A stretch of 63,806 bases of DNA, filler included, from Octopus bimaculoides (Eukaryota): the NCBI RefSeq assembly GCF_001194135.2. It is 5 parts of 5 records of this genome, joined end to end, with 100 filler letters (N's around TTAATTAATTAA, not from the genome) between each part and the next. Parts side by side here need not be neighbours in the genome. Positions count along the whole stretch, not along the records: positions 1 to 29,491 come from NC_069006.1; positions 29,592 to 49,049 come from NC_068988.1; 3 more parts are not named here. One strand, 5' to 3'. The notes beneath the pieces are model-generated. The model saw only the letters and a program-made list of their open reading frames with translations, was not told where the DNA came from and made no database searches. Positions within the stretch are counted from its first letter, which is position 1. The number at the start of each line of letters is the position of its first letter. This document shows positions 25,401-38,692 of the stretch, one piece after another. A program made the position numbers and the translations under genes.

Positions 25401-25867
25401 ACCGGCATGGTTGTAGTCCAGTGGCCTAAGCAAGTGAAAGATAGGTGATTATGTTACCAAGTTCAGTTTCACGCACACGCGCACGCTCCCACCACGAACT
25501 TTTAGCCAGGCTCTAAGCGACACAAGAAATTTAGTTGCTTAAGCTGCTTCGCCTATCATTGAATTTCCGTTGTGATTATAACCCGAATATTATCTTAGAG
25601 ATGAGCTTACAAGACAGTCTGTATGTTTATGTTACAAAGTTCAACTACGCCAGTGGGGAGGAATTAAAATAAGGAGGGCGGGTAGGTGGAGACTAATTCC
25701 GCCTGTAACTAATGTCGGTTTTTGGTGGAAGTGTTGAAAATATGTAAAAAGTTCCGATTTAGTTTGAATTTAAATAAATAAATAAGAGATAAACACACTT
25801 TGAATAACACATTCACAAACACTCAGAACCATGTCTACAATGTACATACATATACGTGTATATCTGT

Positions 25868-25912
<45 letters not shown>

Positions 25913-27326
25913 AATATACACACAAACAAGCATCAATGCTTGTGAATGTTTATATAGTCAACCATACGTAAGNNNNNNNNNNNNNNNNNNNNNNNNNNNN
26001 NNNNNNNNNNNNNNNNNNNNNNNNNNNNNNNNNNNNNNNNNNNNNNNNNNNNNNNNNNNNNNNNNNNNNNNNNNNNNNNNNNNNNNNNNNNNNNNNNNNN
26101 NNNNNNNNNNNNNNNNNNNNNNNNNNNNNNNNNNNNNNNNNNNNNNNNNNNNNNNNNNNNNNNNNNNNNNNNNNNNNNNNNNNNNNNNNNNNNNNNNNNN
26201 NNNNNNNNNNNNNNNNNNNNNNNNNNNNNNNNNNNNNNNNNNNNNNNNNNNNNNNNNNNNNNNNNNNNNNNNNNNNNNNNNNNNNNNNNNNNNNNNNNNN
26301 NNNNNNNNNNNNNNNNNNNNNNNNNNNNNNNNNNNNNNNNNNNNNNNNNNNNNNNNNNNNNNNNNNNNNNNNNNNNNNNNNNNNNNNNNNNNNNNNNNNN
26401 NNNNNNNNNNNNNNNNNNNNNNNNNNNNNNNNNNNNNNNNNNNNNNNNNNNNNNNNNNNNNNNNNNNNNNNNNNNNNNNNNNNNNNNNNNNNNNNNNNNN
26501 NNNNNNNNNNNNNNNNNNNNNNNNNNNNNNNNNNNNNNNNNNNNNNNNNNNNNNNNNNNNNNNNNNNNNNNNNNNNNNNNNNNNNNNNNNNNNNNNNNNN
26601 NNNNNNNNNNNNNNNNNNNNNNNNNNNNNNNNNNNNNNNNNNNNNNNNNNNNNNNNNNNNNNNNNNNNNNNNNNNNNNNNNNNNNNNNNNNNNNNNNNNN
26701 NNNNNNNNNNNNNNNNNNNNNNNNNNNNNNNNNNNNNNNNNNNNNNNNNNNNNNNNNNNNNNNNNNNNNNNNNNNNNNNNNNNNNNNNNNNNNNNNNNNN
26801 NNNNNNNNNNNNNNNNNNNNNNNNNNNNNNNNNNNNNNNNNNNNNNNNNNNNNNNNNNNNNNNNNNNNNNNNNNNNNNNNNNNNNNNNNNNNNNNNNNNN
26901 NNNNNNNNNNACATACGTATATGTATAAGTGTGTGTGGCATCATTCCTCATAGACTATGGCAGGATCCATGTCGGGGTCTTATAGATTAAAAATAAGTTG
27001 TTTTTATTTGTTGTTGTTTTTTTTTGTATTTTTTTTTTGCTGTTTTCTGTTGTTGTTTGTTGAGTGTTTCCTTGAAAGTTTCCACAAAACCGTGTTTGTT
27101 GTCAGGATTTGTGCTGATAAATGAAGGACTGTCATCAGACGAACCTGCACCCGCCACACAGCATCCACATCCCTACTTCATCATCATCATCATCACCATC
27201 ATCATCATTGCTACTATTACCACCACCATCATCATCACCAACGCAACCACCACCACCATCATCATCATCATCACTACCACCATCACCACCACCACCATCA
27301 TCATCATCATCACAACCACCATCACC

Positions 27327-27360
<34 letters not shown>

Positions 27361-27860
27361 CTACCACAACCAGCAGCAACAACACCGTCATTACTATCAC
27401 CATCACAACCCAGTTGCGTACTGGGTCGATCTAATCGACTGGCCTCCCTCTCACCCAAAATTTCGGGTCTTAGCATCCTGGTGTTTTAACTTCCATTAAA
27501 AAGCAAACAAAAAAAAAGACAACTGCAATAACTACCACCACCACCACCACTACTGCTACTACAATAACTACAAATAATTACTACAGAGCAGATGCAATTA
27601 CAACAACAACAACAACTATGGCAATAATTATTACAACCACTACAACAACAGCAACAACACCATCACCACCACCACCAACAATAACAAAGCTGTTCTCTGT
27701 TGTTACTTGGGGGAGGGGGGTTATCAATTCTGCATCTTTTTTTTTTTTGTTTTGCCTCAACAGGAAGAATTCAGTGACATAACTCGCTGACGCCCACCAC
27801 CGCTCCAACTCCATCCATTTCCACTCCATTATCGTCGTCTTGTCATTACTTCCTCCTCGA

Positions 27861-27922
<62 letters not shown>

Positions 27923-27947
27923 GCTGCCACCTCTTCTGTTACATGAA

Positions 27948-27980
<33 letters not shown>

Positions 27981-28275
27981 GACCAACGGGCAGACAGGCA
28001 AACGTTGCGTGTCTGTGTGTGTATTTCTATATCTGTGTGTTTGTGGAATTGCTGTTAATAGTTCTCTTTGGAATGGTAGACCCACAATTACTCCCTACAA
28101 TACATCGAAAATAACATTCATTAAGCTGAAGGCACTGACCGGACGAGTTCTGTTTCCTTCACCAAAGAATCCGCCTCGCCTCTTTCTTTTATCATAATTC
28201 CATTTCACCAGAGCAGTAGCAATAACGTGTTATTAGGACACAATATACTTCTAATGCAAATTTATTATTATTATT

Positions 28276-28508
28276 ATTGAGTGAGAGAACAGTGCATGCC
28301 ATCAAAGTGACACTGGGATGAAATATACAAAGTCCAGTATATCCATCATGGCTACCCGTCTGGTAAGGGTACACCAGGCACATGCATCACAACCATTTGT
28401 GCGCGACATTGTGATCTTATATCAAGATTAACATTGCATGACCTTGCAGGTGGGGCCCAGTTAGAATTTTCTTCAGGTCGAGTAGCCCATCTCGCTCAAA
28501 GGGTCCCT
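28276..28508 (+). mobile_element. (TTA)n-flanked interspersed repeat, left portion
   Basis: (TTA)n-GAGTGAGAGAACAGTGCATGCCATCAAAGTGACACTGGG... aligns with 54317 onward and with 45720-46192 (reverse). Confidence 0.85.
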
Positions 28509-28821
28509 GAATGTGAAATAAAGTGTCTAGCTCAAGGACACAATGCGCCGCTGAGAATCGAACTCATGATCTTACCACATCATCACCACCATCACCACCA
28601 CCATTACCACTACCACTACACCACCACTATTACTACCACCACCACCACCACCACCATTACTACCACNNNNNNNNNNNNNNNNNNNNNNNNNNNNNNNNNN
28701 NNNNNNNNNNNNNNNNNNNNNNNNNNNNNNNNNNNNNNNNNNNNNNNNNNNNNNNNNNNNNNNNNNNNNNNNNNNNNNNNNNNNNNNNNNNNNNNNNNNN
28801 NNNNNNNNNNNNNNNNNNNNN

Positions 28822-28874
<53 letters not shown>

Positions 28875-29491
28875 CTTTTAACTAAATACTTTGTCCGCTC
28901 ATTTTCTATTCAGTTCTTAACATTTTCCAACTGCACTCACAGGACATTGATACACGGAGCAATGCTTCCCATAATATGTATGTATGCATGTATGTATGTG
29001 TGTGTGTATATGGACCGTGTGTGTGTGTATTTGTGTGTATGGTTGTCTATATGTAGATATGTGTATTTACGTGTGAGTGTATGCATATGTTTAAATGTTC
29101 GTGCTTGTATGTGTCTAAATATTTATGTACATATGTGTGTATGTGTGTGTGTATGTTGTTTGTTTAATTTTTGTGCGCCAATATAAGTAAAGGTTACTCC
29201 TATGAGAACTTGAGGGTGCCACCAACTGAAGTAGAGGCTGTCATCCCGACTCCCAACAGAACCAAAGACCCCCAGAACCAAAAGCTACCATTATTAGAAT
29301 CAGAGGTTAATAATATTGCCACTAAATGGAACCAGAGTCTGCCACAACCAAAACCACCACCGCCGCCGCCACCACCACCAACACCACCACTATCGCCACC
29401 GCCGCCGCCTCCAGAAATTTATCTTGCAATTACAGCTGTTTTATGATCTTGTAAAATAAGTAGAGTGGGGGGTGGATAAGATGGAGAAAGA

Positions 29492-29591
29492 NNNNNNNNN
29501 NNNNNNNNNNNNNNNNNNNNNNNNNNNNNNNNNNNTTAATTAATTAANNNNNNNNNNNNNNNNNNNNNNNNNNNNNNNNNNNNNNNNNNNN
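29492..29591. other. Synthetic 100-bp assembly linker N44-TTAATTAATTAA-N44
   Basis: Exact counts: N 29492-29535, 12-mer 29536-29547, N 29548-29591. The palindromic 12-mer has stops in all six frames. Confidence 0.95.
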
Positions 29592-29680
<89 letters not shown>

Positions 29681-30176
29681 TCTCTCTCTCTCTCTCAGTT
29701 ACTCTCACACACTCATTATTGTTTACAATATGTAGGATCAGTGAATACAAGAATTTATGTACAACGTATTAAGTCACAAATATATGTATATTGGTATGTC
29801 TCGGTGAATGTTTTCATTAATTGATACACGTATGGGTTTGCACTTACACAAGGACATGAATATACGTATGAATGTAGCTATGTGTTATATTTGCATATGT
29901 ATGCGATGCATGCATGTAAGTATGTTTTCGCTCATTAAAAACATTCGTTGTTATCGTCTTAAAGAAAAGTTATTCTCTGAGAAACTGAAGCAGTGAAAAA
30001 TTACAGAACGGTGTAGAGTTCTGCTAAACTTCAGAAAATCCAGCATATTTTCACTATTTCACAGATTGAATGTACGGAGAATCGTGATTGCCTCACAACA
30101 AAAACGCACCAATGGTTACAGGAAATTATGTAAACTGATAATCATGTTCATATGTACGTACGTAGTACGTACGTAC

Positions 30177-30312
30177 GTTATACTGAAGGAGATGTTATAC
30201 TGAAGGAGATGTTATATTGAAGGAGACGTTATACTGAAGGAGATGTTATACTGAAGGAGATGTTATATTGAAGGAGATGTTATACTGAAGGAGATGTTAT
30301 ACTGAAGGAGAT
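30177..30312. repeat. 17-bp minisatellite GTTATACTGAAGGAGAT x8
   Basis: Units at 30177+17n; units 3 and 6 carry a C>T variant. Confidence 0.95.
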
Positions 30313-31444
30313 GTTGGATGGTAGAGACGGAGTAAAGAATCAAAATATATCCATCACAGCATCTATCCATGTCCTGTAGTCAATTGCCATTACTACTTCC
30401 GTGGTCAATAAAATATATATCGATTAATTACCCTGGTCGATCAAATCAACCATGACCGTCCAGCACCAAGAGCTCGCATAACATTAATCAATGTTGATTT
30501 CTGGTAGTATTGATATCGATCAGATGTACCCGGCTATATATTTACTCATTGGGACAGATTGGGTCACAAAAGATTAATTTATGTGCAATGTTATTACCAG
30601 TTCGAATATGCCAGCAGCACGTCCGGACCAACCCCGTAATTCATTTATATATTTCGGTATTGAGCAGATTAAAGTGCAAGGAGATACTGATTCATCGGGT
30701 GGCAGCTTTGCAGACTGTCGACTTAGACACAAGTTACTCTGATGGGAATAAATATATCAATAATATGGAATTACCAAAATATTTGTCAGTCACACAACAG
30801 AGTAGAAATGGTGCGGTCAGCCGATACCAAATTCTCATTACTTATAGCTGTAAAGAGAAACAAGAGAGACACAAGAGAGACATGAGGAGAGCTTAGGCTT
30901 TACTCCGGACACACTTTGATAAAGAGCGTTTTTGCCCCTCCGTTAGTTGCCGTCACAGATTTCAAATAAATTATTCTGTTTTCTTTTTAAGGTTAATTTA
31001 TATTGTTGACATTTCACAGTTAGTTTCTACACTCAGTTATATATTGTTTTATTCTCACCTAATTTGAAATCACTTATGTGATACGTGTTAAATTTTGGTC
31101 TCTGGTGAGTTCGAAGTGAGGTTAAAGAACTGATCACATTTGTCATTAGCTAAAAACCTAATTTTTCGGTAGAGAAAGTTCGTGGTTTAGTGCTATTTTG
31201 CCAAAACACATCATTTATAACACCGGCTTTGAGTGGAATCCGCCCATCTTCATATATAAAAGTAACTGTAGGTATAGCCCAAGCTGTAGCAGACGGTTAC
31301 GCATCTACATAACTAAAATTTTACATAGCAACACATTTTTTAAGGAAAAGGTTATATGTCATGTGATTCTGCTAAAATTTGTTCTGTTTTAACTTCATAG
31401 AAATAAAAAGTATAATTCTGTATTCTCCAATGCACAGGACAAAC

Positions 31445-31782
31445 AGGCGCAGAAGTATTTGTGTGGTAAAGTAGCTTGCTTACCAGCCACATGGTTCCGG
31501 GTTCAGCCCCACTGTGTGGCATCTTGGGCAAGTGTCTTTTACTATAGCCTCAGGTCGACCAAAGCGTTGTCAGTGGATTTGGTAGAGGAAACTGAAAGAA
31601 GCCGGTCGTATATATATGTGTGTGTATGTTGGTGTGTTTACGTCCCCGTAACTTAGTGGTTCGGCAAAAGCGACCGATAGAATAAATGCTAGGCTTACAA
31701 AGAATAAGTCCTGGGGTCAACTTGTTCGACTAAAGGCGGTGCTCCAGCATGGCCACAGTCAAATGACTGAAACAAATAAAAG
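31445..31782 (+). mobile_element. SINE family B, near full length
   Basis: GGCGCAGAAGTATTTGTGTGGTAAAG head, TTGGGCAAGTGTC core, internal TA/TG run, tail CGACTAAAGGCGGTGCTCCAGCATGGCCACAGTCAAATGACTGAAACAAATAAAAGA. Confidence 0.9.
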
Positions 31783-32398
31783 AATCAGAATTTATCAACT
31801 AAGAATAAACAAATTAGAGTACTTACGTAAAGTTCTAGAGTACTTGAAAAAAAAAAATCATGTTTTCCAAGAAAAATTACAAAAATTTTCGAAGAGTAAA
31901 TTATTAGTCTTGGTTGTTTATTTGTTTACTTTTTTCTTTTTTCTTTTATGAATCCCTACTTAAATCATCTTTTAGGGTGCTTCGATGCAACAATTCTAAA
32001 GAATGTCAGCATCGTTTTTAAAGCTGTTTAACCAAAATATAGTGAATAGATGTAATCATATTTTAAGAATAATAAATCGGGTTACAGGGTCAGGGTTTTG
32101 AAAATGGAAAAGAATATATCTTCCAATTGTTTCTTTTCACCATTAATTGTTGTTTAACCCCATCTACATTTATGATTTTCCTCACTGTCTGTCTGTCTGT
32201 CTGTCTCTCGTTTGGTCCCTCTTTTTCACTGTGTGTGTGTGTGTGTGCGCGTGTGTGTGTGTACACCAGTCAATTCTATTATTAGTGAGCAATCGAACAA
32301 AGTCAACATCGCCCATAAAAAAATCTGAAATTTTAAATGTATTTTAATTTGGGTTTTAAGTGAATGAATCAACATAGATAGATAGATAAATAGATAGA

Positions 32399-32434
<36 letters not shown>

Positions 32435-32436
32435 TC

Positions 32437-32471
<35 letters not shown>

Positions 32472-32492
32472 GGATAGATACATAGATAGATG

Positions 32493-32537
<45 letters not shown>

Positions 32538-32976
32538 GGAGTTAAGAGAGGGCAAACAAGCACTATTTTGGTTGGTTGGGTAAAAGGGGCAGGCCGACAG
32601 TAGGCTAGGAGTAGAGTCTATGGTGCTATGAATGGGGCTTGCAACAGTCTAGGATCAATCAGAGACGGTCGTCCCGTGGTAAGTGAGGCGTTAAATATTA
32701 ACCTCTCAACATAAGGATCACATTACAAAGTCAACACATGGCATGAGAGTAAGAATTGATGATCCCAAGAACTATACAACAAATGCACACACATACACAT
32801 ACGTACACGCACACACATACACACACACACATACACACACATGTATATATATATTTATATGAATATATGTATAAACATATGTAAATAGATATGTATATGT
32901 ATAAAAACGTACTTATGTGTATGTGTGTGTGTGTATATATATAGAAATATATATATATATATAGCTTTCTGTAGAA

Positions 32977-33007
<31 letters not shown>

Positions 33008-33173
33008 CATGTACGATTATACATATACTTATACATACATACATACATACATAAATACATACATACATACGTACATACGTACATACATACATACGTGCAA
33101 GCATATATGTGAATATATATATATATGTGAATATATATATATATGTGAATATATATATATATATATATATATG

Positions 33174-33212
<39 letters not shown>

Positions 33213-33235
33213 NNNNNNNNNNNNNNNNNNNNNNN

Positions 33236-33267
<32 letters not shown>

Positions 33268-34022
33268 GTATGTATAAGTGTACACACGCATACAAAAATA
33301 ATCGCGTGTGCACATAACTCCGCACACAATATAGTATAACGTTTAAGCGTCTGACAACACTCAACCACGAGGTCACAGTTTCGATTCCATTGCATGGCAT
33401 TTTTAGACAAATGTCATTTTTTATAACCAAGAATAAATCATACCCCAAGAGTGAAATTAGGGAGACAAAAACATTATTGAATCCCGTCGGTGGGATTGCA
33501 CTCGTGATTCAAATGGTGCAACCTTCTTACACACTGTTATTACACCGATTCTAACTGCGAGTTGTGTTAAGGATATATATGACCGTGGAATACCCAGCCA
33601 TTTAGACGCTATCAGAAAAGTCATTTCTATTCATTTTTTTTATCTATATATCGCTTTTCGTTTTTGTCTTTGGAATTAATTATAGATTCCGAAACAATTT
33701 GTAGAATGTATATTGGATCTGTACCAACTTGGATTATGAATTAAAGATCGTCTACACCTACAATTTTTCCTTATATTTCATTTATTGTTTTTACAGATAC
33801 TAAATAAATATATATTTACAAATATTCTTTACTTGGACTGTACTGACGGACTTGGATGTTTGACATCCCTTTGAAGGATTTCGGTTCTCACCTCTTCTAT
33901 ACACATACACACACACACACATGTTTGTACATACATACACACACGCATATATAATCATACGTTAGGTTTAATACACAGATGGTTATTTTAATCTAATACT
34001 GCTTCTGTTGCTTATAATAGAT

Positions 34023-34116
<94 letters not shown>

Positions 34117-34250
34117 GTGTGTGAGTGAAACCACCGGAAGAATTTGATAGGATCTGAAACAACTTTCTTATGACTGAACAAACTTGTAATCATTTAAGAG
34201 AACATCAGTGGAGCTGCGTTCGGGGATACAGATTATGTTTTGTATTATCG

Positions 34251-34307
<57 letters not shown>

Positions 34308-35199
34308 AATAAAGACTAGTGAATTAGACACATCACATGATGTTCGTTTCTGAATACTTTGATTGATTTCGTGAAACGGAATTTTATCTCTTGTACCAAT
34401 TTCTNNNNNNNNNNNNNNNNNNNNNNNNNNNNNNNNNNNNNNNNNNNNNNNNNNNNNNNNNNNNNNNNNNNNNNNNNNNNNNNNNNNNNNNNNNNNNNNN
34501 NNNNNNNNNNNNNNNNNNNNNNNNNNNNNNNNNNNNNNNNNNNNNNNNNNNNNNNNNNNNNNNNNNNNNNNNNNNNNNNNNNNNNNNNNNNNNNNNNNNN
34601 NNNNNNNNNNNNNNNNNNNNNNNNNNNNNNNNNNNNNNNNNNNNNNNNNNNNNNNNNNNNNNNNNNNNNNNNNNNNNNNNNNNNNNNNNNNNNNNNNNNN
34701 NNNNNNNNNNNNNNNNNNNNNNNNNNNNNNNNNNNNNNNNNNNNNNNNNNNNNNNNNNNNNNNNNNNNNNNNNNNNNNNNNNNNNNNNNNNNNNNNNNNN
34801 NNNNNNNNNNNNNNNNNNNNNNNNNNNNNNNNNNNNNNNNNNNNNNNNNNNNNNNNNNNNNNNNNNNNNNNNNNNNNNNNNNNNNNNNNNNNNNNNNNNN
34901 NNNGCACACACACACACACACACACACTTACACACAGAAATTCTACGGATTCCGGAAGTGATGGCCTTGGCGGGATTTGAGCTCAGAGAGCAGCTGACCA
35001 AAACACATTTTACGAGGAATTCCATTCGACGTTCTGGCGTCTCTGTCGGTGTTCATCTGATGACATCCATCCATCCATCCATCCATCCATCCATCCATCC
35101 ACCAATCCACCCATCTGCCCATCCATCCACCCATCCGTTCACCCATTCATTCATTCATTCATTCATTCATTCATTCATTCATTCATTCATTTCCTCTGC

Positions 35200-35450
35200 C
35201 CAATATTCTTGTGAGAGTCGTCCCGAGCCTCGTCCTGAGGCATCTCCCTCATATGTTTCACTCAGAAGCATCTCTCATTACAATTTCCGACTGGGTTTCC
35301 AAAAAAGACCATCCAAGTTTCTGCTCATTCCCCAACCATTTCATTCTTGCTCTCCTGTTGGTTGATTCGCCTTCAAGAATCCGTCTTGCGATTCTTTCCT
35401 GCGTCACATTAGTCACACGCCCGCAGTACCTTCATCTCCGTACCCAGTCG
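35200..35450 (-). mobile_element. Degenerate RTE LINE 3' fragment (same family as 14.2 kb)
   Basis: Minus strand RYCGRVTNVTQERIARRILEGESTNRRARMKW. Nucleotides TGCGGGCGTGTG...CAGGAAAGAATCGCAAGACGGATTCTT resemble TGCGGACGTGTT...CAGGAAATAATCACAAAGCGGATTCTT at ~14310. Confidence 0.65.
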
Positions 35451-35476
35451 GCGTAATGATAGAAAACTACTACTAT

Positions 35477-35542
<66 letters not shown>

Positions 35543-36356
35543 ATGTGGTAAAATGATAGGAACTGCATTGAAAGCTCGGCCTAGAAGCATCGCAACGAAC
35601 AGTCACGTAATACGAATTTTTGAAGTAAGCTTTCCGTTAGTATTTCTCCAACTTCATTGAGCTGGTGCCAGTAGGATTTACAGATAACAAAAGGTGAGAT
35701 GGCAAGAATCCAAGAGTACTGAAGTGCATGTCTGGGTGCATTTATCTTTTTTATTTTTCTGAGTTCTAATCCTATCAAAGTCTATCAAATCATTAACTCT
35801 GCCAGCTCTCTACTTTATGTTTCTCTTAATAATACGCCACAAATTTATGGAACAAAAGATCAGGTTCGAATATGACCTTAAGTCATAAAAAAATAACGTT
35901 TATCTCTGCTAAATCTGGACTCGCAAATAAAGAAACGTAATTAAAGATGTTAGCATTTCTATTCGACGATCCACCGTTTGAACTACGCTATAAGTTGTAG
36001 TATTTTTATAAGCAGCTCAGAAAAGTATTAGAAAAACAGAAATAGGAGAACATTGGGTTAAATAAATTCTTTTCAGTATGGCAATTTTGTGTCTGTGTTT
36101 AAATTGTGTAAGGGTTAACTCATTTTCTTTTAAAGAGGTTCATTAAAAATGTAATTGGTATGTACTGGGATTAGTTTAATCGATAATGGTCCTTCTCACC
36201 AAATTTATTGTTTCGTACCAATAAAGGAAATCGTTATTGGAATTTATCTCGGAAACATGAAAAGAAGCCGTCGCAGATAAAATAAGAACTTGGAATATTT
36301 AACACTTCTCTCTCTCTCTCCACCTTCTCACTTCTCTCTCTCGTTTTATTTACATT

Positions 36357-36434
<78 letters not shown>

Positions 36435-36475
36435 CTTCTTTCTTTCTTCTTTCTATATTTCTTTCTTTCTTTATC

Positions 36476-36518
<43 letters not shown>

Positions 36519-36522
36519 TCCT

Positions 36523-36606
<84 letters not shown>

Positions 36607-36705
36607 TCCTTCCTTCCTTCCTTCCTTCTTTGTTTGTTTGTTTATTTGTTAATTTGTTTGTTTGTTTGTTTGTTTGTTTGTTTGTTTGTTTGTTTGTTTC
36701 TTTCT
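36357..36705. repeat. Long (CTTT)n tract grading into (CCTT)n and (GTTT)n
   Basis: Directly visible. Confidence 0.95.
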
Positions 36706-37094
36706 TATCTCATTTTTTTTTGACCACCTTCTTTCGTTTATTCTTTCATTCTTTCATTCTTTTTCGCACTTGATTCCAATCTATTATCGTATTTTAGTGA
36801 GACGATGAGCATGAAGAAAAAAAAAAAAAAGAAATAAAAAAATGACAATTACAAAAAAGTCAAAACAAAGAAAAACAAAGCAAACGAAAAACCTTCCCCC
36901 ACCTCCCCAAACCATTCCCATTCCATTTACTTCGCATTAGAACACACATTAACTGTGGACAATTTTAACAGACAATTATCTTTTAATACTTTATGTTTGA
37001 AGGAAGGGACCATCTAGTTAGACCTTTGCCACATCTCAATTATAAGACATACCACCATTTCCTTGCCGAGGAGGGTGAATATTTATTGTTGTTG

Positions 37095-37197
<103 letters not shown>

Positions 37198-38202
37198 CTT
37201 TGGATATATTCTTTTTATAAAACAGGAATTTTAGATGAAGAAAAGTCACGAATTGAATGAACCGAAATCCAACGGAACTACAACGAAAAAAAAAAAAACA
37301 GACAAAAGCAAAAAAAAAAAACAAAACAATCTGAGATTAACCATTGGCTGGTGGAGTTCTTTAATGTTTGAAAATTACAGATGCTATCTTCTTCCTTTGA
37401 TCTGGTGGAGATGAAACCCCCGCGCCGCCCTCCGTCCCGATAAAATATGCACAGACGCTGTCCATTGATACCATCACGTAGGAATGTTCTACCCCTTCTC
37501 TCACTTTCACACCCACTTAGGCACCTACACATGCAATCACACCCACCTTCGTCACCCCCCCACACGTAAATGCTTAAATATACACGTACACAGCACACAC
37601 CAGACAATACATAGAAACATATATACACACACACAACGTACTTTAAGCGTGCAAACACACTAATACACACACAGATAGACTTAGATACATACACAAACAA
37701 ATAGATAGGCATATATACACCCCTGCACCCCTACACTCGCACACAGACATGTGTAGAGGGACGTTTGTTTTCTCGCCAATCCCAAGCGTTCTTACTGGTT
37801 TCCTGGTTAGTCTTTTTTCTCTCTTTTTACCAGAACACCTGAAACCTCTTGTAACAGAGTCTGTTTGTCATCGTCGCCTTCTGCAAGCTGACGCTTGTTC
37901 GCATCATCATTATCAACGCAATCATTTTCATTATCCCCCTCCTCCTCCTCCTCCTCCTCCTCCGCTTGTTCATCGCCGCCGTCGACGTCGTCGTTATAAT
38001 TAACAACTATCAACGTCATCATAACCCCCCACTCCCATTTCCACCTTCACCGCCACCACAACCACCACCATCGTCGTCATCAACATCATCATCACCACCA
38101 GTAGCATCGTCTTGGCTATCGTTATTATCAGCATCATCACAATCACTGCTATCATTCATCATTATAATTATCATCTTTATCACTACCACCACCACCACCA
38201 CC

Positions 38203-38246
<44 letters not shown>

Positions 38247-38559
38247 CTCCAACTTCACCATCATCAATAACGCAGTCATCGACTGGGGTCGATCTAATCG
38301 ACTGGCCCTCTCCCCCTAGATTTCGGGCCTTGTAGAAAAGAAAAGAATATTTATGACTCAAAGCTATGACAATTTGTTTTGTTTGAAAATTTATTTTTGT
38401 TTTTAAAAAGTAGTTTGGTGTATCTAGTGACGTCACTACTTTCTTTAGTTCCTGAGTTCGTACCCCACCAAAGTCGGTTTTACCCCTTTCAGCATCTGGG
38501 TTCCAGTCGCCTACAGACATCGGTCCAGTCAACTCTGTAGTCTTGTCCCAACATAAGAG

Positions 38560-38692
38560 ATGGACGTCTTCGACCACCAAGAAGTTACTCGAGTGAACAG
38601 CGAGTGGTCAGCGGACAAATTCATGACTTACATAAAAAACGTACCGGCGTTTCTCTTCCTCCACAAAATAGTCATTGTGTCAAATTTTGAGG
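38560..38692 (+). CDS. Candidate exon 1 of a small 93-aa ORF (exon 38493-38692)
   Basis: Acceptor CCCCTTTCAG| at 38492, ATG at 38560, frame MDVFDHQEVTRVNSEWSADKFMTYIKNVPAFLFLHKIVIVSNFE, strong phase-1 donor GAGG|GTAAGC at 38693. Confidence 0.3.

Noticed and set aside
29171-29446. 91-aa proline-rich plus-strand ORF
   Set aside because: Driven by CCA/CCG triplet repeats; no convincing splice sites or homology; adjacent to a synthetic join.
30177-30312. Regular short repeats as a possible CRISPR array (also 11959-12025 and 22578-22800)
   Set aside because: The units are directly adjacent with no unique spacers, there are no cas genes, and the context is eukaryotic.
30775-30847. 73-nt minus-strand exon-like segment (strong acceptor, GTAATT donor)
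   Set aside because: All frames from the acceptor hit stops, and it lies beyond a synthetic join. Isolated splice-like motifs are expected by chance in 50 kb.
37834-38003. Plus-strand acceptor followed by EHLKPLV...PPPP...RRRRYN*
   Set aside because: Half is triplet repeat, and no upstream exon or partner donor was identified.
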